A DNA stretch of 64,000 bases. Origin: Escherichia coli (GTDB lineage: Bacteria > Pseudomonadota > Gammaproteobacteria > Enterobacterales > Enterobacteriaceae). Under the pieces are notes generated by a model that did not search any database, was not told the origin of the DNA, and saw only the letters and a list, made by a program, of their open reading frames with translations. The stretch lies in assembly GCF_003334255.1 (NCBI RefSeq), contig NZ_QOWU01000010.1; one strand, 5' to 3'. A program made the position numbers and the translations under genes. This document shows positions 50,241 to 64,000 of the stretch, piece after piece (the stretch's first letter is position 1; each line of letters starts with the position of its first letter).

Positions 50241-51008
50241 GTGTTTAATTCTGACAACCTGAGACTCGACGGAAAATGCGCCATCATCACAGGTGCGGGT
50301 GCAGGTATTGGTAAAGAAATCGCCATTACATTCGCGACAGCTGGCGCATCTGTGGTGGTCAGTGATATTAACGCCGACGCAGCTAACCATGTTGTAGACG
50401 AAATTCAACAACTGGGTGGTCAGGCATTTGCCTGCCGTTGTGATATTACTTCCGAACAGGAACTCTCTGCACTGGCAGACTTTGCTATCAGTAAGCTGGG
50501 TAAAGTTGATATTCTGGTTAACAACGCCGGTGGCGGTGGACCTAAACCGTTTGATATGCCAATGGCGGATTTTCGCCGTGCTTATGAACTGAATGTGTTT
50601 TCTTTTTTCCATCTGTCACAACTTGTTGCGCCAGAAATGGAAAAAAATGGCGGTGGCGTTATTCTGACCATCACTTCTATGGCGGCAGAAAATAAAAATA
50701 TAAACATGACTTCCTATGCATCATCTAAAGCTGCGGCCAGTCATCTGGTCAGAAATATGGCGTTTGACCTGGGTGAAAAAAATATTCGGGTAAATGGCAT
50801 TGCGCCGGGGGCAATATTAACCGATGCCCTGAAATCCGTTATTACACCAGAAATTGAACAAAAAATGTTACAGCACACGCCGATCAGACGTCTGGGCCAA
50901 CCGCAAGATATTGCTAACGCAGCGCTGTTCCTTTGCTCGCCTGCTGCGAGCTGGGTAAGCGGACAAATTCTCACCGTCTCCGGTGGTGGGGTACAGGAGC
51001 TCAATTAA
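50241..51008 (+). CDS. hdhA: 7-alpha-hydroxysteroid dehydrogenase (SDR), 255 aa, GTG start
   Basis: ORF-track 50241..51008. AGGAGG lies 5 nt upstream. TGAGAGIG cofactor motif and YxxxK. Confidence 0.95.
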   Translation: MFNSDNLRLDGKCAIITGAGAGIGKEIAITFATAGASVVVSDINADAANHVVDEIQQLGGQAFACRCDITSEQELSALADFAISKLGKVDILVNNAGGGGPKPFDMPMADFRRAYELNVFSFFHLSQLVAPEMEKNGGGVILTITSMAAENKNINMTSYASSKAAASHLVRNMAFDLGEKNIRVNGIAPGAILTDALKSVITPEIEQKMLQHTPIRRLGQPQDIANAALFLCSPAASWVSGQILTVSGGGVQELN

Positions 51009-51101
51009 TACACTAACGGACCGGTAAACAACCGTGCGTGTTGTTTACCGGGATAAACTCATCAACGTCTCTGCTAAATAACTGGCAGCCAAATCACGGC
51101 T

Positions 51102-51115
51102 ATTGGTTAACCAAT
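51102..51115. promoter_or_regulatory. Palindrome upstream of uidR (candidate UidR operator)
   Basis: ATTGGTTAACCAAT is a perfect 14-bp palindrome. A near-identical copy lies upstream of uidA. Confidence 0.5.
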
Positions 51116-51228
51116 TTCAGAGTGAAAAGTATACGAATAGAGTGTGCCTTCGCACTATTCAACAGCAATGATAGGCGCTCACCTGACAACGCGGTAAACT
51201 AGTTATTCACGCTAACTATAATGGTTTA

Positions 51229-51819
51229 ATGATGGATAACATGCAGACTGAAGCACAACCGACACGGACCCGGATCCTCAATGCTGCCAGAGAGATTTTT
51301 TCAGAAAATGGATTTCACAGTGCCTCGATGAAAGCCATCTGTAAATCTTGCGCCATTAGTCCCGGGACGCTCTATCACCATTTCATCTCCAAAGAAGCCT
51401 TGATTCAGGCGATTATCTTACAGGACCAGGAGAGGGCGCTGGCCCGTTTCCGGGAACCGATTGAAGGGATTCATTTCGTTGACTATATGGTCGAGTCCAT
51501 TGTCTCTCTCACCCATGAAGCCTTTGGACAACGGGCGCTGGTGGTTGAAATTATGGCGGAAGGGATGCGTAACCCACAGGTCGCCGCCATGCTTAAAAAT
51601 AAGCATATGACGATCACGGAATTTGTTGCCCAGCGGATGCGTGATGCCCAGCAAAAAGGCGAGATAAGCCCAGACATCAACACGGCAATGACTTCACGTT
51701 TACTGCTGGATCTGACCTACGGTGTACTGGCCGATATCGAAGCGGAAGACCTGGCGCGTGAAGCGTCGTTTGCTCAGGGATTACGCGCGATGATTGGCGG
51801 TATCTTAACCGCATCCTGA
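51229..51819 (+). CDS. uidR: UidR (GusR), TetR-family repressor of uidABC, 196 aa
   Basis: ORF-track 51229..51819. TetR HTH ..NGFHSASMKAICKSCAISPGTLYHHF... Confidence 0.95.
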   Translation: MMDNMQTEAQPTRTRILNAAREIFSENGFHSASMKAICKSCAISPGTLYHHFISKEALIQAIILQDQERALARFREPIEGIHFVDYMVESIVSLTHEAFGQRALVVEIMAEGMRNPQVAAMLKNKHMTITEFVAQRMRDAQQKGEISPDINTAMTSRLLLDLTYGVLADIEAEDLAREASFAQGLRAMIGGILTAS

Positions 51820-52149
51820 TTCTCTCTCTTTTTCGGCGGGCTGGTGATAACTGTGCCCGCGTTTCATATCGTAATTTCTCTGTGCAAAAATTATCCTTCC
51901 CGGCTTCGGAGAATTCCCCCCAAAATATTCACTGTAGCCATATGTCATGAGAGTTTATCGTTCCCAATACGCTCGAACGAACGTTCGGTTGCTTATTTTA
52001 TGGCTTCTGTCAACGCTGTTTTAAAGATTAATGCGATCTATATCACGCTGTGGGTATTGCAGTTTTTGGTTTTTTGATCGCGGTGTCAGTTCTTTTTATT
52101 TCCATTTCTCTTCCATGGGTTTCTCACAGATAACTGTGTGCAACACAGA

Positions 52150-55391
<3,242 letters not shown>

Positions 55392-55429
55392 TATTCAATA
55401 AAAATAATCAGAACATCAAAGGTGCAACT

Positions 55430-56695
55430 ATGAGAAAAATAGTGGCCATGGCCGTTATTTGCCTGACGGCTGCCTCTGGCCTTACCTCTGCTTATGCGGC
55501 GCAACTGGCTGACGATGAAGCGGGACTACGCATCAGACTGAAAAACGAATTGCGCAGGGCGGATAAGCCCAGTGCTGGCGCGGGAAGAGATATTTACGCA
55601 TGGGTACAGGGAGGATTGCTCGATTTCAATAGTGGTTATTATTCCAATATTATTGGCGTTGAAGGCGGGGCGTATTATGTTTATAAATTAGGTGCTCGTG
55701 CTGATATGAGTACCCGGTGGTATCTTGATGGTGATAAAAGTTTTGGCTTTGCCCTGGGGGCAGTAAAAATAAAACCCAGTGAAAATAGCCTGCTTAAATT
55801 AGGTCGCTTCGGGACGGATTATAGTTATGGTAGCTTACCTTATCGTATTCCGTTAATGGCTGGCAGTTCGCAACGTACATTACCGACAGTTTCTGAAGGA
55901 GCATTAGGTTATTGGGCTTTAACACCAAATATTGATCTGTGGGGAATGTGGCGTTCACGAGTATTTTTATGGACTGATTCAACAACCGGTATTCGTGATG
56001 AAGGGGTGTATAACAGCCAGACGGGAAAATACGATAAACATCGCGCACGTTCTTTTTTAGCCGCCAGTTGGCATGATGATACCAGTCGCTATTCTCTGGG
56101 GGCATCGGTACAGAAAGATGTTTCCAATCAGATACAAAGTATTCTCGAGAAAAGCATACCGCTCGACCCGAATTATACGTTGAAAGGGGAGTTGCTCGGC
56201 TTTTACGCGCAGCTCGAAGGTTTAAGTCGTAATACCAGCCAGCCCAATGAAACGGCGTTGGTTAGTGGACAATTGACCTGGAATGCGCCGTGGGGAAGTG
56301 TATTTGGCAGTGGTGGTTATTTGCGCCATGCAATGAATGGTGCCGTGGTGGATACCGACATTGGCTATCCCTTTTCATTAAGTCTTGATCGTAACCGTGA
56401 AGGAATGCAGTCCTGGCAATTGGGCGTCAACTATCGTTTAACGCCGCAATTTACGCTGACATTTGCACCGATTGTGACTCGCGGCTATGAATCCAGTAAA
56501 CGAGATGTGCGGATTGAAGGCACGGGTATCTTAGGTGGTATGAACTATCGGGTCAGCGAAGGGCCGTTACAAGGGATGAATTTCTTTCTTGCTGCCGATA
56601 AAGGGCGGGAAAAGCGCGATGGCAGTACGCTGGGCGATCGCCTGAATTACTGGGATGTGAAAATGAGTATTCAGTATGACTTTATGCTGAAGTAA
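55430..56695 (+). CDS. uidC: UidC, outer-membrane glucuronide porin (OprD-like), 421 aa
   Basis: ORF-track 55430..56695. Signal peptide. C-terminal ..YDFMLK. Confidence 0.95.
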   Translation: MRKIVAMAVICLTAASGLTSAYAAQLADDEAGLRIRLKNELRRADKPSAGAGRDIYAWVQGGLLDFNSGYYSNIIGVEGGAYYVYKLGARADMSTRWYLDGDKSFGFALGAVKIKPSENSLLKLGRFGTDYSYGSLPYRIPLMAGSSQRTLPTVSEGALGYWALTPNIDLWGMWRSRVFLWTDSTTGIRDEGVYNSQTGKYDKHRARSFLAASWHDDTSRYSLGASVQKDVSNQIQSILEKSIPLDPNYTLKGELLGFYAQLEGLSRNTSQPNETALVSGQLTWNAPWGSVFGSGGYLRHAMNGAVVDTDIGYPFSLSLDRNREGMQSWQLGVNYRLTPQFTLTFAPIVTRGYESSKRDVRIEGTGILGGMNYRVSEGPLQGMNFFLAADKGREKRDGSTLGDRLNYWDVKMSIQYDFMLK

Positions 56696-56700
56696 AAAAT

Positions 56701-56729
56701 AACGCCGGAGAGAAAAATCTCCGGCGTTT
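56701..56729 (+). terminator. Hairpin terminator after uidC
   Basis: AACGCCGGAGA-GAAAAA-TCTCCGGCGTT followed by TCAG. Confidence 0.6.
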
Positions 56730-56758
56730 CAGATTGTTGACAAAGTGCGCGTTTTTTA

Positions 56759-56857
56759 TGCCGGATGCGGCGTAAACGCCTTATCCAGCCTACAAAAACT
56801 CATAAATTCAAAGTGTTGCAGGAAAAGGTAGGCCTGATAAGCGTAGCGCATCAGGCA
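56759..56857. repeat. BIME: two inverted REP units
   Basis: TGCCGGATGCGGCGTAAACGCCTTATCCAGCCTAC (56759-56793) and inverted GTAGGCCTGATAAGCGTAGCGCATCAGGCA (56828-56857). Confidence 0.88.
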
Positions 56858-56878
56858 ATCTCTGGTTTGTTTTCAGAT

Positions 56879-56911
56879 GAAAACGCCGGAGTGAAAATTC
56901 TCCGGCGTTTT
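56879..56911 (-). terminator. Intrinsic terminator downstream of ydgA
   Basis: - strand AAAACGCCGGAGA-ATTTTCA-CTCCGGCGTTTT followed by CATCTG. Confidence 0.7.
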
Positions 56912-56920
56912 GGCCGTGAA

Positions 56921-58429
56921 TTACTGCTGCGGAATTGCCGGTACAGCCGGAACGTTAAGAGCTGGCATCGCAAACATGCCAACAAAATCTTCTAACGACA
57001 TTTTCTGCCCATTTAACGTTATCTGACCGTTAGCATATTGCAGGCTGGTGGTGATGGTATTGTCCTGCAAGGTGGTCAGACGGAACATCTGCCCCATTGC
57101 TGATGCACCTTCAACTTGCTGTTTCGCCAGTTTTTTCGCTTGATCTTCCTGATAACCTTCCAGCTTCGCTACCTGAGTCATAAACTCAGTTGCCATATCC
57201 ACCGGAATGGTCAGTTTCGCATCCAGAGATTTAACCGAACGATCTACTTCCTGCGCCAGCGTTTGCGGCGCTTCTTTAGTCGTTGCCGGATCTTTCAGGA
57301 ACAGCGACAGATTCAGGGCACTTTCACCCTGACTGTTTTTCCAGCTTAGCGGCGCGATAGTAATCACCGGATCGCCTTTCAGCATCAGCGGCAGGGCGCT
57401 AAAGAAGGCTTCCGTCACTTTCTCCTGATAAAGTTCGGGGTTGTTGGCAATTTCTGGCTGTGCCAGCAGCGCCTGAGTTTGCGCGTTATATTGCTGGCTA
57501 AACTGATGCCAGGCTTCACCATCAATCTGGCCGACTTTTAAAGTCAGCTTGCCGCTGCCCAGATCCTGATTCTGTACCTTCAGGCTGTTTAGCGAGTAAT
57601 CCAGTTGGCTATTGATCGTTTTACCGTCATTGACCAGATCCGATTTACCGCTGATCTCCATGCCTTCCAGCAGTGCCAGTTCTTTGCCTTCCACTGAAAT
57701 GGTCATTTTTTCCAGTGACAGTTTTTGATTTCCTACACGCTCACCAAAACTTGCCAGCGTGCTGGAACCGTCGGTTTTCAGATTATTAAAGGTCAACTGC
57801 ACTTTCTGGTTGTATTCGTTAACTGCGTCTATCCGACCACTTTGCGCCTCCCCGGAAAGGGAGATGGCTTTGCCGTCTCTGTCAGCATTTAACTGGAACT
57901 CGCCGCCGCTAAAGGCGACTTTTTCATCCTTTTGCTCGTAATTCAGTGGCTTGAGCGAAATATCGGAACTGGAATCACCGCTGTAACCAATGCGCGAGTT
58001 AATCTCAAAAGGCGTTTCACCTTTTGCCATATCAAACAGTGGTTTGCTTACTTCGTTATTAACCAGCGTGGTTTGAATTGATGCCATCGACGGGATCAGG
58101 TTCAGTTTTTTAAGCTGGGCAAGCGGGAAGGGACCATGATCAACCGATTCGTTGAAGATGACGCTCTGACCGCTTTTAATCCACGGATTTTCTTTCCCGG
58201 CAATGGGTTTCACCAACAGTTGCAACTGGCTGCTGAATACGCCGCGATGATAGTTTTGATAACTCACTTCCAGGTTGGATTCAGGAGCTGTCAGTTTGAG
58301 TTGCGCGTTCGCCTGCGCGACCATGTCTTCGAGATGGGTTTCAATCTTCTTGCCTGTATACCATGCGCCGCCTGTCCAGACTACGCCTAGCGCAACAATG
58401 ACGCCTACCGCTACCAGCGATTTATTCAT
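56921..58429 (-). CDS. ydgA: YdgA, DUF945 GapA-like exported protein, 502 aa
   Basis: ORF-track 56921..58429. N-terminal signal/anchor MNKSLVAVGVIVALGVVWTGGAWY... Confidence 0.93.
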   Translation of the reverse strand: MNKSLVAVGVIVALGVVWTGGAWYTGKKIETHLEDMVAQANAQLKLTAPESNLEVSYQNYHRGVFSSQLQLLVKPIAGKENPWIKSGQSVIFNESVDHGPFPLAQLKKLNLIPSMASIQTTLVNNEVSKPLFDMAKGETPFEINSRIGYSGDSSSDISLKPLNYEQKDEKVAFSGGEFQLNADRDGKAISLSGEAQSGRIDAVNEYNQKVQLTFNNLKTDGSSTLASFGERVGNQKLSLEKMTISVEGKELALLEGMEISGKSDLVNDGKTINSQLDYSLNSLKVQNQDLGSGKLTLKVGQIDGEAWHQFSQQYNAQTQALLAQPEIANNPELYQEKVTEAFFSALPLMLKGDPVITIAPLSWKNSQGESALNLSLFLKDPATTKEAPQTLAQEVDRSVKSLDAKLTIPVDMATEFMTQVAKLEGYQEDQAKKLAKQQVEGASAMGQMFRLTTLQDNTITTSLQYANGQITLNGQKMSLEDFVGMFAMPALNVPAVPAIPQQ

Positions 58430-58440
58430 AATGATTATCC

Positions 58441-58472
58441 ATAAAATGAAATCAGGCGGACTGGCCGCCTGA
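58441..58472 (-). terminator. Intrinsic terminator downstream of manA
   Basis: - strand TCAGGCGG-CCAGT-CCGCCTGA followed by TTTCATTTTAT. Confidence 0.65.
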
Positions 58473-58529
58473 AGGTGTTATAAGCCTTTAATAAGCTTAG
58501 CAAGAGATGTTAATTTTTTCAGTAAGCTC

Positions 58530-59705
58530 TTACAGCTTGTTGTAAACACGCGCTAAACGGCCGTGGCCTTTGACAGTCACCGGTGATTCGTTGGCGGCAA
58601 TAAACGCTGATTCACCCGGTTTAAGCTGTAACTGCTGAGAACCTTTCCACAACGTTGCATCGCCTTCGACGCAGAACAAAATGGCGGCACTCTGCTGGCT
58701 AATGGTGGTTTCTTTATCACTAAGGTCATGCAGCGAGAAGGCAAAATCATCCACTGGAATCGGGAAGTCCAGTTCTGCACCTTGTTTCACCGGCTGGGTC
58801 AACAACTGGTTAGCCGGTTTGGCTTCGAATTTCACATTGGCAACCAGTTCCGGAATATCAATGTATTTAGGCGTCAGACCCGCACGCAGCACGTTATCGG
58901 AGTTTGCCATCACTTCCAGCGCCACGCCTTGCAGGTAAGCGTGCGGTGTTTCAGCGAACAGGAACATCGCTTCGCCAGGGTTCAATTTCACCACATTCAG
59001 CAATAGCGGGGAGAACAGACCGCTGTCTTCCGGGTAAAATTCAGAAATTAAACGAATCGTTTGCCACGGTTCACCCTGCTGGCTATCGAGGGCCGATTTT
59101 AAAATCGCCAGCGCGCGGGATTTTTCTTCACCCTGCATATTCAACAGGCTGGCGAACAGTTCGCTTAAACGTTCGGCATCAGGCTGTTGTAAAAAGTGAG
59201 CAATCGCCGGATGTGCACCTGCGACCGGCTGGAGTAGGGAGACAATCTCGGAAAATTCACGAAACGCGTTCATCGCAAGGAAAGGCGTCAGCGCAAAAAC
59301 CAGCTCCGGCTTGTGGTTAGGATCTTTATAGTTACGCTCGGCGGCATCCATCGGGATACCTGCGGCATTTTCTTTGGCAAAACCGATTTCAGAATTGTGT
59401 TTGTTTGGATGAACCTGAATGGAGAGTGGCTGTGCTGCGCATAATACTTTGAACAGGAAAGGCAGTTCGCCAAAGCGTTTGGCAACGGCCTCTCCGAGCA
59501 GAGTCGATTTATCACTCTCAATCACATCACGCAGTGAAACGATATCTCCGGCGGCATTCTGCACTCGTGAACTGCTTTTCGGATGTGCGCCCATCCACAG
59601 CTCGGCCATCGGCTGGCTGGACGGATTTTCCATACCATAAAGTTCAGTCAACGCCGTTTTGCTGCCCCAGGCATAGTTTTGCACTGAGTTAATGAGTTTT
59701 TGCAT
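58530..59705 (-). CDS. manA: Mannose-6-phosphate isomerase, 391 aa
   Basis: Within ORF-track 58530..59783. Start at ATG 59705 (MQKLINSVQNYAWGSKTALTELYG..). Confidence 0.95.
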   Translation of the reverse strand: MQKLINSVQNYAWGSKTALTELYGMENPSSQPMAELWMGAHPKSSSRVQNAAGDIVSLRDVIESDKSTLLGEAVAKRFGELPFLFKVLCAAQPLSIQVHPNKHNSEIGFAKENAAGIPMDAAERNYKDPNHKPELVFALTPFLAMNAFREFSEIVSLLQPVAGAHPAIAHFLQQPDAERLSELFASLLNMQGEEKSRALAILKSALDSQQGEPWQTIRLISEFYPEDSGLFSPLLLNVVKLNPGEAMFLFAETPHAYLQGVALEVMANSDNVLRAGLTPKYIDIPELVANVKFEAKPANQLLTQPVKQGAELDFPIPVDDFAFSLHDLSDKETTISQQSAAILFCVEGDATLWKGSQQLQLKPGESAFIAANESPVTVKGHGRLARVYNKL

Positions 59706-59903
59706 GATCAATCCCTGTTTTAATGTGGAAATTAATCCCACTATTAAAGCAAGAATCCTACGGGAAGTAACCTGGAGCCGCAAAAAGTCGTACTAGTCTC
59801 AGTTTTTGTTAAAAAAGTGTGTAGGATATTGTTACTCGCTTTTAACAGGGCAACGGAACACCCGCCCAGAGCATAACCAAACCAGGCAGTAAGTGAGAGA
59901 ACA

Positions 59904-61550
59904 ATGTCAAACAAACCCTTTCATTATCAGGCTCCTTTTCCACTCAAAAAAGATGATACTGAGTATTACCTGCTAACCAGCGAACACGTTAGCGTATCTG
60001 AATTTGAAGGGCAGGAGATTTTGAAAGTCGCACCCGAAGCGTTAACTCTGTTGGCGCGCCAGGCGTTTCATGATGCGTCGTTCATGCTGCGTCCGGCGCA
60101 CCAACAACAGGTGGCCGACATTCTGCGTGACCCGGAGGCCAGCGAAAATGATAAATATGTGGCGCTGCAATTCCTGCGTAACTCCGACATCGCGGCGAAA
60201 GGCGTTCTGCCAACCTGTCAGGATACCGGCACCGCGATTATTGTTGGTAAAAAAGGGCAGCGTGTATGGACCGGTGGTGGTGATGAAGCGGCGCTGGCGC
60301 GCGGTGTCTATAACACTTATATCGAAGATAATCTGCGCTACTCGCAAAACGCGCCGCTGGATATGTATAAAGAAGTGAATACCGGCACCAATCTGCCAGC
60401 GCAGATCGATCTTTATGCCGTTGATGGCGACGAATACAAATTCCTCTGTATCGCCAAAGGTGGTGGTTCGGCAAACAAGACGTATCTCTATCAGGAAACC
60501 AAAGCGTTACTGACGCCGGGGAAACTGAAAAATTACCTGGTTGAGAAGATGCGCACGCTGGGTACGGCGGCCTGTCCTCCGTATCATATTGCGTTCGTTA
60601 TTGGTGGAACTTCTGCAGAAACGAACCTTAAAACGGTGAAACTGGCTTCCGCGAAATACTATGATGAACTGCCAACGGAAGGGAATGAGCACGGTCAGGC
60701 GTTCCGCGATGTGGAACTGGAAAAAGAATTGCTGATCGAAGCGCAAAATCTTGGTCTGGGTGCGCAGTTTGGTGGTAAATACTTCGCTCACGACATCCGC
60801 GTGATTCGCCTGCCACGTCACGGCGCATCCTGCCCGGTCGGTATGGGCGTCTCCTGCTCTGCTGACCGTAATATCAAAGCGAAGATCAACCGTCAGGGGA
60901 TCTGGATCGAAAAACTGGAACATAATCCAGGCAAATATATCCCGGAAGAGCTGCGCAAAGCGGGAGAAGGCGAAGCGGTGCGCGTTGACCTTAACCGTCC
61001 GATGAAAGAGATCCTCGCACAGTTGTCGCAGTATCCCGTTTCTACACGCTTATCGCTTAACGGCACGATTATCGTCGGTCGTGATATTGCTCACGCCAAA
61101 CTGAAAGAGCGGATGGATAACGGTGAAGGGCTGCCGCAGTACATCAAAGATCATCCGATTTACTACGCGGGTCCGGCCAAAACGCCGGAAGGTTATGCCT
61201 CCGGTTCTCTTGGCCCAACGACCGCCGGACGGATGGATTCTTATGTCGATCAACTGCAAGCGCAGGGCGGAAGTATGATCATGCTGGCGAAAGGCAACCG
61301 CAGCCAGCAGGTGACGGATGCCTGTAAAAAACACGGCGGCTTCTACCTTGGCAGTATCGGTGGTCCGGCCGCTGTATTGGCGCAGGGAAGTATTAAGTGC
61401 CTGGAATGTGTTGAATATCCGGAACTGGGAATGGAAGCCATCTGGAAAATTGAAGTGGAAGATTTCCCGGCGTTTATCCTTGTGGATGATAAAGGAAATG
61501 ACTTCTTCCAGCAGATACAACTCACACAATGCACCCGCTGTGTGAAATAA
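59904..61550 (+). CDS. fumA: Fumarate hydratase class I (aerobic, Fe-S), 548 aa
   Basis: ORF-track 59904..61550. [29 protein letters not shown]... Confidence 0.97.
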   Translation: MSNKPFHYQAPFPLKKDDTEYYLLTSEHVSVSEFEGQEILKVAPEALTLLARQAFHDASFMLRPAHQQQVADILRDPEASENDKYVALQFLRNSDIAAKGVLPTCQDTGTAIIVGKKGQRVWTGGGDEAALARGVYNTYIEDNLRYSQNAPLDMYKEVNTGTNLPAQIDLYAVDGDEYKFLCIAKGGGSANKTYLYQETKALLTPGKLKNYLVEKMRTLGTAACPPYHIAFVIGGTSAETNLKTVKLASAKYYDELPTEGNEHGQAFRDVELEKELLIEAQNLGLGAQFGGKYFAHDIRVIRLPRHGASCPVGMGVSCSADRNIKAKINRQGIWIEKLEHNPGKYIPEELRKAGEGEAVRVDLNRPMKEILAQLSQYPVSTRLSLNGTIIVGRDIAHAKLKERMDNGEGLPQYIKDHPIYYAGPAKTPEGYASGSLGPTTAGRMDSYVDQLQAQGGSMIMLAKGNRSQQVTDACKKHGGFYLGSIGGPAAVLAQGSIKCLECVEYPELGMEAIWKIEVEDFPAFILVDDKGNDFFQQIQLTQCTRCVK

Positions 61551-61553
61551 ACA

Positions 61554-61579
61554 GAGCCGCCCTTCGGGGCGGTTTTTTT
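61554..61579 (+). terminator. Intrinsic terminator after fumA
   Basis: AGCCGCCC-TTCG-GGGCGGT followed by TTTTTTTAC. Confidence 0.88.
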
Positions 61580-61692
61580 ACATGGCACGAAAGACCAAAC
61601 ATTTGTTATCAAATGGTAAATAATAAGTGAGCTAAAAGTTGCTTAACGAAAGCAAAACAGAAAGAAAAAATTAATCAGGTGAGGAGCAGGTC

Positions 61693-64000
<2,308 letters not shown>

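Noticed and set aside
51844-52077. 77-aa + strand ORF between uidR and uidA
   Set aside because: It lies in the uidA regulatory region, has no RBS and has a GTG/odd start context. It is likely a chance ORF.

Overview
This window is ordinary Escherichia coli core chromosome from the terminus-proximal region. It is colinear with the K-12 MG1655 tus-to-ydhS segment (about b1610-b1668) but presented in reverse orientation. I recognised the genes from the translated ORFs by memory of the K-12 proteins; no database search was run.

Left to right the window holds: ydhR, valW-valV (tRNA-Val), ydhQ, mdtK, ribC, cfa, punC/ydhC, punR/ydhB, purR, cydH/ynhF, ydhP, sodB, mepH/ydhO, grxD, lhr, rnt, gloA, nemA, nemR, ydhL, ydhF, sodC, ydhKJI, slyA, slyB, anmK, mliC, pdxH, tyrS, pdxY, gstA, dtpA, nth, rsxEGDCBA, ydgK, cnu, blr, ydgJ, add, malYX, malI, hdhA, uidR, uidABC, ydgA, manA, fumA, fumC and the 3' 908 nt of tus.

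The only clearly accessory DNA is the first 590 nt. It is the right-hand part of an IS3-family (IS629/IS1203-like) element inserted into ydhS. Its transposase orfB is itself interrupted by what looks like the 3' end of a group II intron (domain V/VI, nt 1-75).

I found no CRISPR array, prophage, defence island or toxin cassette, and nothing I can defend as a new multi-gene system. Items worth a second look:
- the nested intron/IS/ydhS arrangement
- the in-frame 96-bp tandem repeat in rsxC
- a possible orphan transcription unit (CRP-like palindrome plus a + strand intrinsic terminator) in the long dtpA-nth spacer
- a duplicated terminator hairpin flanking a REP pair
- small ORFs missing from the ORF track
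- several recognisable operator sites
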